DNA of 64,000 bases from an uncultured Salinicola sp. (GTDB lineage: Bacteria > Pseudomonadota > Gammaproteobacteria > Pseudomonadales > Halomonadaceae): positions 1,768 through 65,767 of the forward strand of contig CAJWNC010000010.1 of NCBI GenBank assembly GCA_913044205.1, written 5' to 3'. Position 1 is the stretch's first letter; the number at the start of each line of letters is the position of its first letter. The notes under the pieces were generated by a model. That model saw nothing but the letters and a program-made list of their open reading frames with translations, made no database searches and was not told the origin of the DNA. Both the position numbers and the translations under genes were made by a program. Shown one piece after another: positions 46,359 to 57,586 of this stretch.

Positions 46359-49300
46359 TCAAGACATGGCGCCGGCGACCTTGACGTGCTTCAAAAGCGC
46401 CTGCAGCGGGTGCGGCAGCGCCTGATCGGAGAGCCGCTTGACCTGGCTGCGGCAGGAGTAGCCGGTGGCCAGCAGCCGGCCCGCGTTGGCCTGATCCTCC
46501 ACCGGCTCGCGCCAGGAGAGGTCGTAGATCGTCTCCGAGGTCCGGCGGTGGCGCGCCTCGTGGCCATAGGTGCCGGACATGCCGCAGCAGCCGGTGTCGA
46601 CCAGGCCCAGCGAGAGGCCGAAGCGCTCGAACAGCTGCTGCCAGCCCCTGGGGCTGCCCGGCGCGTTGGTCCTCTCGGTGCAGTGGCTCAGCAGGCGATA
46701 GCCCGGGTCGGGCTGCTCGATGCGCCCGCTGTTCCAGCCCTGGGGCAGTATCGACGGTCCCAGCGACAGCAGCCACTCCTGCAGCAACAGTACCTCCGGC
46801 ACCGCCTGCGGCCCCAGCGTCTTGACGTACTCCTGGCGGTAGGTGAGCGTCATCGCCGGATCGATGCCCACCAGCGGCACGTCGAAACGCGACAGCGCCT
46901 GGAGCCGGGCGGCCTGCTTCTCCGCGACCCGCCCGAAGCGGCCGAGAAATCCCTGCACGTGCAGCGGCTTGCCGTTGGGCTGGAAGGGGGCGACGAAGAC
47001 CCGGATATCGAGCCGCGACAGCAGCTCGACCACGTCCATCACCAGCCGCGATTCGAAATGGCTGGTGAAGGCGTCCTGCACCAGCACCACGCTGCGGCTT
47101 TTCTGGGCGTCGGTCAGCCTGCCCAGCGTCAGCGGCGTGGCCTCGGCAACGCCCCAGGCGTCGAGCACCTTCCCGAGGCTGGCGCGTGACAGTCTCGGAC
47201 TGTCGACGATGCCCAGGCGTTGCGCCAGGAAGCGATCGATCAGGCGATTGTCGAGCAGCGCGTTGTAGAGCGGCGCCACCGGCTGCAGGTGCGGCACCAC
47301 GAACTCCAGCCCGCCGATCAGATAGTCGCGCAGCGGCCGCGCGTAGCGGCTGTGGTAGCTCTCCAAAAAGCGCGAGCGAAAGTCCGGCACGTCGACCTTG
47401 ATCGGACACTGGCCGGCGCAGGACTTGCACGCCAGGCAGCCGGCCATGGCGTCGTAGACCTCGTGGGAGAAGTCCTCTTCACCGCGGCGTTTCGCCAGCG
47501 AGCGCTTGAACTTGCCGGGCAGGGCAGTGAGCCAGTGACTGAAGCCGGCCTGACGCTGCTCCCGCGCCACCTCGAGCACGTCGACGCCGGCGTTGCCCTG
47601 GCGGCGTAGCCACTCGCGCATCAGGCTGGCGCGGCCCTTGGGCGAGTGCACCCGCTCGCGGGTCGCCTTCCAGGAGGGGCACATGGCATCGGCGGGGTCG
47701 TAGTTGTAGCAGGCGCCGTTGCCGTTGCAGTGGACCGCGCTGGCGTTCTCCTGCCACACCCGCTCGTCGATCTGGCGATCCAGCTCGCCCCGGGTGGTGA
47801 CGCCGTCGATCGCCAGCAGCCCGGGATCGTGGCCGTCGACGATACCGATCTCGCCTGACCTCTCTCCCGGCGCTGCGGAGTGCGTGATGGTATCTTCCGC
47901 CTTGCCCGCGGCTTCGGGCGGGCTGGGAAAAGACGTCTTTCCCGCATCATCGGGGGGGATAACAAGCGGTGTCGCGATCTTGCCCGGATTGAACTGGTTG
48001 AACGGATCGAAGGCCGCCTTGACCCGCTGCAGCGCGGGGTAGAGCTCGCCGAAGAAGCGCGGCGAGTACTCGGAGCGGACGCCCTTGCCGTGTTCGCCCC
48101 ACAGCAGCCCGCCGTAGCGCTGGGTGAGTGCCGCGACCTGATCGGAGATCTCGCGGATCAGCCGCGCCTGGTTTGGGTCCTTCATGTCGATGGCCGGGCG
48201 CACATGCAGCACGCCGGCATCGACGTGGCCGAACATGCCGTATTCCAGGCCGCGGGCATCCAGCAGCTGGCGGAACTCGGCGATATAGTCGGCCAGGCTT
48301 TCCGGCGGCACCGCCGTGTCCTCCACGAACGGGATCGGGCGCTTCTCGCCACTGGCATTGCCGAGCAGCCCCACCGCGCGTTTACGCATGGCGTAGACCC
48401 GGCCGATCTGCGGGCGGCCCTCGGCCAGGGTGTAACCGAGCCGCTCGACGCTGGCGTCCGAGCCCAGGTGATCGGTGAAGGCCCGCACCCTATCGGCCAG
48501 TCGAGCCGGATCGTCGTCGTTGAACTCGACCAGGTTGATCCCGCGAATCGGCGTCCCGCGCTCGCCGTCTGCATCGATGGCGGCGGGGAAGAACGCCGCC
48601 ACGCTGTCCCAGACGAAATCCTCCATGGCCAGCGCCAGCACGCGGTCGTCGATCGTCTCGATCGAGGTCGGACGGCTCACGGCCATCAGCGCCTTGGCGT
48701 CGCGCAGCGCCTCCATGAAACCGGCGTAGCGCACGTTGACCAGGGTCGAATGCCGGGGCAGCGGCAGCACGTTGAGCGTGGCCTCGTTGAGCAGCGCCAG
48801 CGAGCCCTCCGAACCGCACAGGACGCTATTGAGATCGAAGCGCCCCTGGTCGTCGGTGAGATGGGCCAGGTCGTAGCCGGTCAGGCAGCGATTGAGCGGC
48901 GGGAAGATGGCATCGATTCGCTCGCGCTCGGCCTCGGCGATGCCGCTGACCGCGCGATGGATCTCGCCGACCCGATCATCGCGCTGGCACATGGCGGTCA
49001 AGGCCGCGTCGTCCAGCGGTTGGCTCTCGAGTCGCTCGCCGCCGGGCAGCACCACATCCAGCGCCAGCACGTGGTTGCGCGTCTTGCCGTACTCGCAGCT
49101 GCCCTGGCCGCTGGCGTCGGTGGAGATCATGCCGCCGATCGTGGCGCGGTTGGAGGTGGAGAGCTCCGGCGCGAAGAACAGCCCGTGGGGCCGGAGCGCA
49201 GCATTCAACTGATCCTTGACCACGCCGGCCTGGACGCGCACGCGGCGGTTCTCGACGTCGATCTCGACGATCCGGTTCATGTAGCGGGAGACGTCCACCA

Positions 49301-49613
49301 CCAGGCCGTCGGTCAGCGACTGGCCGTTGGTGCCGGTGCCGCCGCCCCGGGGCGCGAGCACGACGTCGCGATACGCTGCCTGCGCCATGAGCCGGGCGAT
49401 CCGCTGGAGATCGGCGGCGTCGCGGGGATAAAGAACGGCCGCTGGCTGGCGCTGGTAGATCGAGTTGTCGGTGGCCAGTACGATGCGGTTGGCCGCGTCA
49501 TCGGCGATATCGCCACGAAAGCCGGCCGCGGCCAGCTCGGCGAGGAAGCGGCGATAGCGCTCGGGCAGCGTCAGCTCGGCGCTGGTCGGGTCAAGGCGTG
49601 TCATCATTGTCAT
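46359..49613 (-). CDS. FAD-binding oxidase fused to (Fe-S)/CCG-domain oxidoreductase (YdiJ-like, 2-hydroxyacid dehydrogenase type)
   Basis: 1084 aa; N-terminal FAD-PCMH domain (PRGGGTGTNGQS), central CxxCxxC ferredoxin-like motif (CLACKSCAGQCP), C-terminal Cys-rich repeats (GCCGMSG). Confidence 0.85.
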   Translation of the reverse strand: MTMMTRLDPTSAELTLPERYRRFLAELAAAGFRGDIADDAANRIVLATDNSIYQRQPAAVLYPRDAADLQRIARLMAQAAYRDVVLAPRGGGTGTNGQSLTDGLVVDVSRYMNRIVEIDVENRRVRVQAGVVKDQLNAALRPHGLFFAPELSTSNRATIGGMISTDASGQGSCEYGKTRNHVLALDVVLPGGERLESQPLDDAALTAMCQRDDRVGEIHRAVSGIAEAERERIDAIFPPLNRCLTGYDLAHLTDDQGRFDLNSVLCGSEGSLALLNEATLNVLPLPRHSTLVNVRYAGFMEALRDAKALMAVSRPTSIETIDDRVLALAMEDFVWDSVAAFFPAAIDADGERGTPIRGINLVEFNDDDPARLADRVRAFTDHLGSDASVERLGYTLAEGRPQIGRVYAMRKRAVGLLGNASGEKRPIPFVEDTAVPPESLADYIAEFRQLLDARGLEYGMFGHVDAGVLHVRPAIDMKDPNQARLIREISDQVAALTQRYGGLLWGEHGKGVRSEYSPRFFGELYPALQRVKAAFDPFNQFNPGKIATPLVIPPDDAGKTSFPSPPEAAGKAEDTITHSAAPGERSGEIGIVDGHDPGLLAIDGVTTRGELDRQIDERVWQENASAVHCNGNGACYNYDPADAMCPSWKATRERVHSPKGRASLMREWLRRQGNAGVDVLEVAREQRQAGFSHWLTALPGKFKRSLAKRRGEEDFSHEVYDAMAGCLACKSCAGQCPIKVDVPDFRSRFLESYHSRYARPLRDYLIGGLEFVVPHLQPVAPLYNALLDNRLIDRFLAQRLGIVDSPRLSRASLGKVLDAWGVAEATPLTLGRLTDAQKSRSVVLVQDAFTSHFESRLVMDVVELLSRLDIRVFVAPFQPNGKPLHVQGFLGRFGRVAEKQAARLQALSRFDVPLVGIDPAMTLTYRQEYVKTLGPQAVPEVLLLQEWLLSLGPSILPQGWNSGRIEQPDPGYRLLSHCTERTNAPGSPRGWQQLFERFGLSLGLVDTGCCGMSGTYGHEARHRRTSETIYDLSWREPVEDQANAGRLLATGYSCRSQVKRLSDQALPHPLQALLKHVKVAGAMS

Positions 49614-49840
49614 GCATCAAGCCATCGCGTCGGGCCGGTCAGGCGGCCTTCATCGGATGGGGACCCATCCGACAGATTGTCGATTCCCGGCGCCGCGGGG
49701 ATGGCGGGAACCGGTCCGTGGCGCCATGGGCACCGGGGTGGAACAGTTTAGCGTGCCAGGCGGAGATGTGACACGAATCCCCGGTAGCGCATGGTGCCGG
49801 GGTGGGGTTTTCCCTACAATATTCCCCTCGCAAAGAATGA

Positions 49841-51202
<1,362 letters not shown>

Positions 51203-51211
51203 GCTCGACGC

Positions 51212-51248
51212 GCCCCGTCGCCGATGGGCGGCGAGGGTGCGTTTGGTT
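51212..51248 (+). terminator. Possible serS terminator (weak)
   Basis: Imperfect GC hairpin CCCGTCGCC-GATG-GGCGGCGAGGG followed by GTTTGGTT; poor U-tract. Confidence 0.25.
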
Positions 51249-51361
51249 ATAACGCTAAAAAAAAGCGTTCCTTCGTTCGTCGGCGTCGTGGTCTTACAAT
51301 TTCGCTATAAGCATTGCGTTCTTTTCGGCTTTTCGATCTAAGGCCGGCTCCTCCCATTCCA

Positions 51362-52582
51362 ATGACGGCTCGATTCGTGACCGACTCCCTGACTCTGCAG
51401 TACGACCCGTCGCAGCTCGACGTGCACCTGATCGGTGGCGGCAGCGAGGCGCTGGCGCTGGCGCAGCGCGTCGCCGGGCTGATGCCGCGGGTGACAGTGC
51501 ACGCCGGCTCGACGATGCCGGCGCTGGCGGCGCTTTGCCAGGGCCAGGGCTGGGCGGTACGCAGCGACGAGCCGGAACCGGGGATCGGCCAGCTATGGCT
51601 CGTGGCCAGTGGCGACGCCGCGCGCGATCGCCAGGTGGCCACGCGGGCGCGGGAGGCCGGCGTGGCGGTTTTCGTACCGCCGCATCCGGCACTGTGCAGC
51701 GTGCGCCTGCCGCCACGGGTGACGACCCGGGACGCGGCCGAGAACGCGGCAGGGCTGGTGCCGGGCAGCTGGCGGCGCGGCCACGTCTCGCTGGTCGGGG
51801 CCGGTCCGGGGGATCCGGACCTGCTGACGCTGAAAGCCCTGAGGCAGCTGCAGCAGGCGGATATCGTCATCCACGACCGGTTGGTCAGCCAGGAAATCCT
51901 GGCACTGGCCAGGCCCGACGCCAGGCGCTTCTACGTCGGCAAGGCGCGCTCCCGGCACAGCGTGCCGCAGGAGGGCATCAACCAGGCACTGGTCGATTGG
52001 GCCAGGGCGGGTAATCGGGTGGTTCGGCTGAAGGGCGGCGATCCGTTCATCTTCGGGCGCGGCGGGGAAGAGCTCGAGGCGCTGGTCGCCGCCGGGATCG
52101 AATTCGATGTCGTTCCGGGGATTACCGCCGCTTCCGGCTGCGCGGCCTATGCCGGCCTGCCGCTGACCCATCGCGACCATGCCCAGTCGGTGCGTTTCGT
52201 CACCGGTCATCTCAAGAACGGCAGCTGCGACCTCGACTGGCCGGCGCTGGCACGGGGCGGCCAGACCCTGGTCTTCTACATGGGCCTGGGTGCGCTGGAG
52301 CTGATTCGCGAACGGCTGGTGGCACACGGGCTGGACGCGGCCACGCCGCTGGCGCTGATCGAGCAGGGCACGACGGCCAACCAGCGGGTGCATCTGGGTA
52401 CGCTGGCACGACTCCCCGGGAGTCTTGCCGATCATCAACCTCGACCGCCGACGCTGATCGTCATCGGCAGCGTGGTCGAGTTGGCCTCGCGTCTCGACTG
52501 GTTCAAGCCGACCGATAGCGGCAGCCTGGGCTGGGTCGAGGGCAAGCATCCCACACCGCTCTCCCGGGCCGACAGCGCCTGA
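51362..52582 (+). CDS. Uroporphyrinogen-III C-methyltransferase with truncated CysG-N-like Rossmann domain
   Basis: C-terminal 260 aa parallel E. coli CysG ([42 protein letters not shown]). The N-terminal 145 aa retain a GGG dinucleotide-fold remnant only. Confidence 0.85.
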   Translation: MTARFVTDSLTLQYDPSQLDVHLIGGGSEALALAQRVAGLMPRVTVHAGSTMPALAALCQGQGWAVRSDEPEPGIGQLWLVASGDAARDRQVATRAREAGVAVFVPPHPALCSVRLPPRVTTRDAAENAAGLVPGSWRRGHVSLVGAGPGDPDLLTLKALRQLQQADIVIHDRLVSQEILALARPDARRFYVGKARSRHSVPQEGINQALVDWARAGNRVVRLKGGDPFIFGRGGEELEALVAAGIEFDVVPGITAASGCAAYAGLPLTHRDHAQSVRFVTGHLKNGSCDLDWPALARGGQTLVFYMGLGALELIRERLVAHGLDAATPLALIEQGTTANQRVHLGTLARLPGSLADHQPRPPTLIVIGSVVELASRLDWFKPTDSGSLGWVEGKHPTPLSRADSA

Positions 52583-52773
52583 GGCAGTCCGCCGCTGGCG
52601 AGCGCTGATCCTGGCACCCGGGCCTGGTGGGTGGGCGGGATGGCCGGCGTCATCTTCCTACCGGTCGACACCCTCGACGTTTCCATCGATAGATCAACCG
52701 GATAGCGGCCAAGTCGTCGTTGACGCCATCTTCCGGCGCTTCGACAATGAGAACTCGCGACGGGGAGAGGCGC

Positions 52774-54747
52774 ATGAACGTTGAGCAGTTGGATATCCGT
52801 GGCCACATGGCGCAGTTCGCGCCGTTCGACGATCTTCCCGATGCGCTGCTCGACCGTATCGCCGGCGAGGTCGAGATCCGCTATTTCCAGGCCGGCAGCG
52901 AACTGCTGGTCAAGGACCAGCCGGTCGAATCGCTGTGGTACATCCGCAGCGGGGCGGTGGAGATGTACCAGCGCAGCGGCCGGCTTTTCAACCGCCTGAG
53001 CGAAGGCGACATCTTCGGCTACTCGGACCTGCTGCGCAGCAACCGCCGGGTGCGCTATCCGGTCAGCGCCATCGAGGACACGCTGATCTATTTCATCCCC
53101 GGCGATGTCTTCGAGACGATCTGCGACGAGGACGACGACTTCGCCGAGTTCGTGGAGACCGGTGGCCAGCGCCTCAAGGTGACGGTGGAACAGCAGCGCG
53201 ACGACAGCGGCCTGATGACGACCCGGGTGCGCAAGCTGATCAGCCGGCAGCCGCAGATGGTCGAAGCCGCCACCTCCCTGCAGCAGGCGGCCCGGCAGAT
53301 GCGCGACGCCAACGTCACCTGCGTGCTGGTGGTCGATGTGACCGAGACCCAGTCCGCCTATACCTTCACCGGCCCCGACGGCCGGCACTGGCAGCTCAAC
53401 GGCATTCTGACCGATCGCGATTTCTGCACCCGCGTACTGGCGGAGGGCAAGTCGGCCCAGACCCCGGTGGGCGAGGTCATGTCGCGGAAAGTCATCGTCA
53501 TCCAGTCCGACGAATCGGTCTATGAAGCGATGCTGTGCATGTTGCGCAATCAGGTTCACCATCTGCCGGTACTGCACCGGCGCCAGCCGGTCGGCGTGCT
53601 CCACCTCTCCGATATCGTTCGCCACGAGACCCACAGCAGCCTGTTTTTGGTCAACAACATCTTCGTCCAGAACACGCCCGAGCAGCTGGCACGGCTGGCG
53701 CCGGAGGTGGGCACGGGGTTCGTGCGCATGGTCGCCGACGGCGCCAACTCCGAGATGGTCTGCCGGGCGCTGGCGACGATCGGGCGGGCGTTCACGCAGC
53801 GCCTGATCGAGCTGGCGGAGGCCGAGCTGGGCCCGGCGCCGATACCCTACTGCTTCATGGTACTGGGGTCGATGGCGCGGGAGGAGCCCACCATCAATGC
53901 CGACCAGGACAACGCGCTGGTTCTCCATGACGACTACGATCCCGAGCGGCACGGCGAGTATTTCGAGGCGCTGGCCAGGTTCGTCTGCGACGGCCTCGAC
54001 GCCTGCGGCTATCCGTACTGCAAGGGCGACGTGATGGCGACCAATCCGCGCTGGCGCCAGCCGTTGCAGGTCTGGAAGGAGTATTTCACCGAGTGGATGG
54101 ACGAGCCCAACGGCGAACGGCTGCTGCACAGCTCCATCTTCTTCGATCTGGCGCCAGTGCATGGCGAGACGCCCATGGTCGAAGCGTTGCAGGACCTGAT
54201 CGCCGAACTGGCACCGCAGCGGCCGGTCTTTCTGGCGGCGTTGGCACGCAACGCCAAGAATCGCACGCCGCCGCTGGGCTTCTTCCGTCAGTTCGTCATG
54301 GAGCAGGACGGCGAACATCGCAAGTCGATCAACCTCAAGCGCCGGGGAACCGCGCCGCTGACCGACCTGGTTCGCGTGCATGCGCTGGCCTGCGGCTCCA
54401 AGGCGCAGAACAGCTTTGCCCGCCTCGATGACATCGCCCAGACCAAACTGCTGGCCGATGGCGTCACCGAGCGTCTGCGCTACGCCTTCGAGTTCATGTC
54501 GATGGTCCGCATTCGCCATCAGGCCGATGCGATCGAGCGGGGCGCCGAGCCCGACAACAGCGTCGATCCCGAGAACATCGGCAGCCGGGAACGCCACCAT
54601 CTGAAGGATGCCTTCGAAGCGATCAGCAACGCCCAGAAGTTCCTCTCCTTCCGCTACAGCATGCCGTCCAAGTCGGGTTCCTCCAAGACCCACACCTCCT
54701 CCTCGGCAGGCTCCGCCAGCCAGGCTTCGCAGCGGAGCCGCCGATGA
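52774..54747 (+). CDS. cNMP-binding / tandem CBS / DUF294 putative nucleotidyltransferase protein
   Basis: N-terminal cyclic-nucleotide-binding-like fold, two CBS repeats (VMSRKVIVIQSDESVYEAMLCM), GlnD-like NTase motif LGSMAREEPTINADQDNAL, DUF294-C-like tail; GGGGAGAGG SD before ATG 52774. Confidence 0.8.
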   Translation: MNVEQLDIRGHMAQFAPFDDLPDALLDRIAGEVEIRYFQAGSELLVKDQPVESLWYIRSGAVEMYQRSGRLFNRLSEGDIFGYSDLLRSNRRVRYPVSAIEDTLIYFIPGDVFETICDEDDDFAEFVETGGQRLKVTVEQQRDDSGLMTTRVRKLISRQPQMVEAATSLQQAARQMRDANVTCVLVVDVTETQSAYTFTGPDGRHWQLNGILTDRDFCTRVLAEGKSAQTPVGEVMSRKVIVIQSDESVYEAMLCMLRNQVHHLPVLHRRQPVGVLHLSDIVRHETHSSLFLVNNIFVQNTPEQLARLAPEVGTGFVRMVADGANSEMVCRALATIGRAFTQRLIELAEAELGPAPIPYCFMVLGSMAREEPTINADQDNALVLHDDYDPERHGEYFEALARFVCDGLDACGYPYCKGDVMATNPRWRQPLQVWKEYFTEWMDEPNGERLLHSSIFFDLAPVHGETPMVEALQDLIAELAPQRPVFLAALARNAKNRTPPLGFFRQFVMEQDGEHRKSINLKRRGTAPLTDLVRVHALACGSKAQNSFARLDDIAQTKLLADGVTERLRYAFEFMSMVRIRHQADAIERGAEPDNSVDPENIGSRERHHLKDAFEAISNAQKFLSFRYSMPSKSGSSKTHTSSSAGSASQASQRSRR

Positions 54748-55469
54748 CCTTGCGTCGCGCCGCGAGAGGGCAGAGCACGCCGACCTGGCCGGACTACATG
54801 GCCTCGCGCGCGCAGCGGGTTCGCGAGCCCCGATTGGCCAGCTTCTTCGCCGGAGGAACGCTGGACCCCGAGACACCCATCGGCGAGGCGCCGCTGGTCG
54901 CGATGGACTTCGAGACCACCGGCCTGGATAGCAGCCGTCACGACATCGTCAGTGTCGGGGTGATGCCTTTCACCCTGTCCCGGATCCGGCCGGCCGACGG
55001 CCGCTACTGGGTGTTGTCACCGCGCCGCAAGCTGAGCGGCGAATCGGTCGCTTTCCACCACATCACCCACGCCGAGGTGGCGGACGCCCCCGACTTCACC
55101 GCTATCATCGATGAGCTGTTGGCCATGCTCGCGGGCCGCCTGGTCGTCGTGCACTACCGACAGTTGGAAAGAACGTTCCTCGACGCCGCGATACGAGAAC
55201 GGCTGGGCGATGGCCTGCTGATGCCGATGATCGACACCATGTCGCTGGAGGCGCGGATCCACCGGCAGTCCTGGTGGGCGAGACTGCGTCGCTGGGCGGG
55301 GCGACCGATGGCGTCGATTCGCCTGCACGAGAGCCGCCAGCGCTATCACCTTCCGGCCTATACCGGACACCACGCACTGATCGATTCGCTGGCGACGGCG
55401 GAGCTGCTGCAGGCGCAGATTCTCTACCACTACGATTGGGAGACGCCGGTCGGCGCGCTGTGGCGTTGA
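54744..55469 (+). CDS. DEDDh 3-prime-5-prime exonuclease (DNA polymerase III epsilon-like)
   Basis: Exo I VAMDFETTGL, Exo III HHALIDSLATAELL; ATGA overlap with the upstream gene. Confidence 0.85.
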   Translation: MTLRRAARGQSTPTWPDYMASRAQRVREPRLASFFAGGTLDPETPIGEAPLVAMDFETTGLDSSRHDIVSVGVMPFTLSRIRPADGRYWVLSPRRKLSGESVAFHHITHAEVADAPDFTAIIDELLAMLAGRLVVVHYRQLERTFLDAAIRERLGDGLLMPMIDTMSLEARIHRQSWWARLRRWAGRPMASIRLHESRQRYHLPAYTGHHALIDSLATAELLQAQILYHYDWETPVGALWR

Positions 55470-55514
55470 GCCGGCTACCGGCGGGGCGCGACGAGCCCGC
55501 CGACGAAAGAAAAA

Positions 55515-55542
55515 GCGGGCGGCTCCAGGAGCCGCCCGCTTT
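55515..55542. terminator. Bidirectional rho-independent terminator (stronger for the minus-strand BCCT gene)
   Basis: GCGGGCGGCTCC-a-GGAGCCGCCCGC perfect inverted repeat flanked by GAAAAA on the left and TTTC on the right. Confidence 0.75.
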
Positions 55543-55568
55543 CATGATGCTCGTCTGCAACGAGGTCG

Positions 55569-57200
55569 TCAGCCACGAGGCTCGGATCGCAACCCCTGGA
55601 TGATCGCGTAGCACGCGGCCAGCAGCACGATGGTAAATGGCAAGCCGGTGGCGATGACCGCCGCCTGCAGAGCCGTCAGGCCTCCGCCCAGCAGCAGGGC
55701 GATGGCGATGGCGCCTTCGATCAGGGCCCAGAAGACACGTTGCGGCGTCGGCGCATCGACCTTGCCGCCGGCGGTGATCGAGTCGATGACCAGCGAACCG
55801 GAGTCCGAAGAGGTGATGAAGAACACCATGACCAGGATGATGCCGACGAACGAGGTGATTGATGTCCACGGCAGTTGGCCCAGCATGGCGAACAGCTGCA
55901 ACTCCAGCGCTGCGTTCTTGACGCCGTCGAAGCCCTGATTGACGAGCTGATCGATGGCGGTGTCGCCGAAAGCGGTCATCCACAGCACGGAAACGAGGGT
56001 CGGTACCAGCAGCACCGCGATCAGGAATTCACGTACCGTGCGGCCGCGGCTGACGCGCGCGATGAACATGCCGACAAACGGTGACCAGGAGATCCACCAC
56101 GCCCAGTAGAAGGCGGTCCAGCCATGCATGAAGTCGGTGTCTTCGCGGCCGAACGGGTTGGACAGTGCCGGAAGATTCTTGAGGTAGGAGCCCATGTTCT
56201 CGACGAAGCCGGTCGCGATCAGCAGGGTCGGGCCAACGACGATCACGAACAGCAGCAGCAGGAACGCGAGAGCCATGTTGATCTGCGACAGGCGCTGCAC
56301 GCCCTTGTCCACGCCCAGCATGACCGATGTCAACGCGATCAGCGTGATGCCGATGATCAGCAGCACCATGGTGACGTTGGTGTTGGGGATGCCGAACAGA
56401 TAGTTGAGCCCGGCCGATGCCTGCGAGGCGCCGAGACCCAATGATGTCGCCAGGCCGAACAGCGTCGCGAATACCGCCAGGATGTCGATGACGTGGCCAG
56501 GCCAACCCCAGATGCGCTCACCCAGAATCGGGTAGAAGATCGAGCGCATGGTCAGTGGCAGGCCCTTGTTGAAGGAGAACAGTGCCAGCGACAGCGCGAC
56601 GATCGCGTAGATACCCCAGGGATGCAGGCCCCAGTGAAAGATCGTGGCCGCCATGGCCAGCGATTGTGCCTCTGCCGGGTTGCCTTCGGCGCCGCCCAGC
56701 GGTGCCCAGGAATCACCGGACATGGAGGTGCCGAAATGGGTGATCGGCTCGGAGACGCCGTAGAACATCAACCCGATGCCCATGCCCGCCGCGAACAGCA
56801 TGGCGAACCAGCCCGCGTAGCTGAAGTCCGGCTTGGCGTGGAGGCCGCCGATTCTCACCCTGCCCAGCGGCGTGAAGATCAGCACGACGGAGAGCAGCAC
56901 GAAGATGTTGGCGGCGAATAGGAACAGCCAGCTCAAGTTGTCGGTCAGGAAGCTCTTCGCCCCGTTGAAGATCGGCCCCATCTGATCCGGCAACGCCAGC
57001 GTGATGATGACGAAGAACAGGATCAGCAGTGACGAGATCGAGAAGACCTTGCCGTGCAGATCGACGTTGAAACCAAATCTATTGGTCTGGATATTGTCCT
57101 GGCCAATCACATAATCGGTATCGATGAGATTGGCGGGACCCTCTGGTGCCGGTATGCCTTCCTGCGGCGCATCCGGCTGATTGTTGGCGTCTTGAGCCAC
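55569..57200 (-). CDS. BCCT family (betaine/carnitine/choline-type) transporter
   Basis: 543 aa, 12 TM; signature-like GWTAFYWAWWISWSPFVGMFIARVSRGRTVREF. Confidence 0.9.
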   Translation of the reverse strand: MAQDANNQPDAPQEGIPAPEGPANLIDTDYVIGQDNIQTNRFGFNVDLHGKVFSISSLLILFFVIITLALPDQMGPIFNGAKSFLTDNLSWLFLFAANIFVLLSVVLIFTPLGRVRIGGLHAKPDFSYAGWFAMLFAAGMGIGLMFYGVSEPITHFGTSMSGDSWAPLGGAEGNPAEAQSLAMAATIFHWGLHPWGIYAIVALSLALFSFNKGLPLTMRSIFYPILGERIWGWPGHVIDILAVFATLFGLATSLGLGASQASAGLNYLFGIPNTNVTMVLLIIGITLIALTSVMLGVDKGVQRLSQINMALAFLLLLFVIVVGPTLLIATGFVENMGSYLKNLPALSNPFGREDTDFMHGWTAFYWAWWISWSPFVGMFIARVSRGRTVREFLIAVLLVPTLVSVLWMTAFGDTAIDQLVNQGFDGVKNAALELQLFAMLGQLPWTSITSFVGIILVMVFFITSSDSGSLVIDSITAGGKVDAPTPQRVFWALIEGAIAIALLLGGGLTALQAAVIATGLPFTIVLLAACYAIIQGLRSEPRG

Positions 57201-57586
57201 TAGCCGTCTCCATTGTTTGATGAGTCAGTTCGAGGCCGCCCTCGCGCGGCGACGATTCCCTTGCGCTCCCTTGCGTCGTCCGGGGGGCATGCCAGTGCGT
57301 GCCCACCCGGTCCAGGCAGAGCACACAGTCTGGCGTATCCGCCGGAACACGCAAGTTTCCCAATTATCCTGAATCAAGTCGGTGCTTCCAACCGTCTTGG
57401 CGAGAAACCCGAAGTTTCCCCGCCGCTGATCGCGACCGATAGCGCGATGATAGCGGCTTTCGACTCTCGATCCTGTTCTGGCGACGACGCGAGGAGTAGA
57501 CCAAGGTCAGAGTGAAACGCGCTGGGGTTGTCGCCTATAGTCCCAGCTGTATTTAAACGAATGTTTGAATCTCCGGGAGAGTTCGA

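Noticed and set aside
47880-49751. 623-aa ORF antisense to the YdiJ-like oxidoreductase
   Set aside because: It is a shadow ORF. The minus-strand frame carries clear FAD-oxidase and Fe-S motifs, and the plus-strand product is featureless and Arg/Ala/Gly-rich.
52435-54876. 813-aa minus-strand ORF opposite the DUF294 gene; likewise 57374-59290 opposite the acyl-CoA dehydrogenase and 23383-25413 across the RibD-C and flippase-like genes
   Set aside because: All three overlap confidently assigned genes on the other strand or frame, lack motifs and start context, and show GC-driven amino-acid bias.
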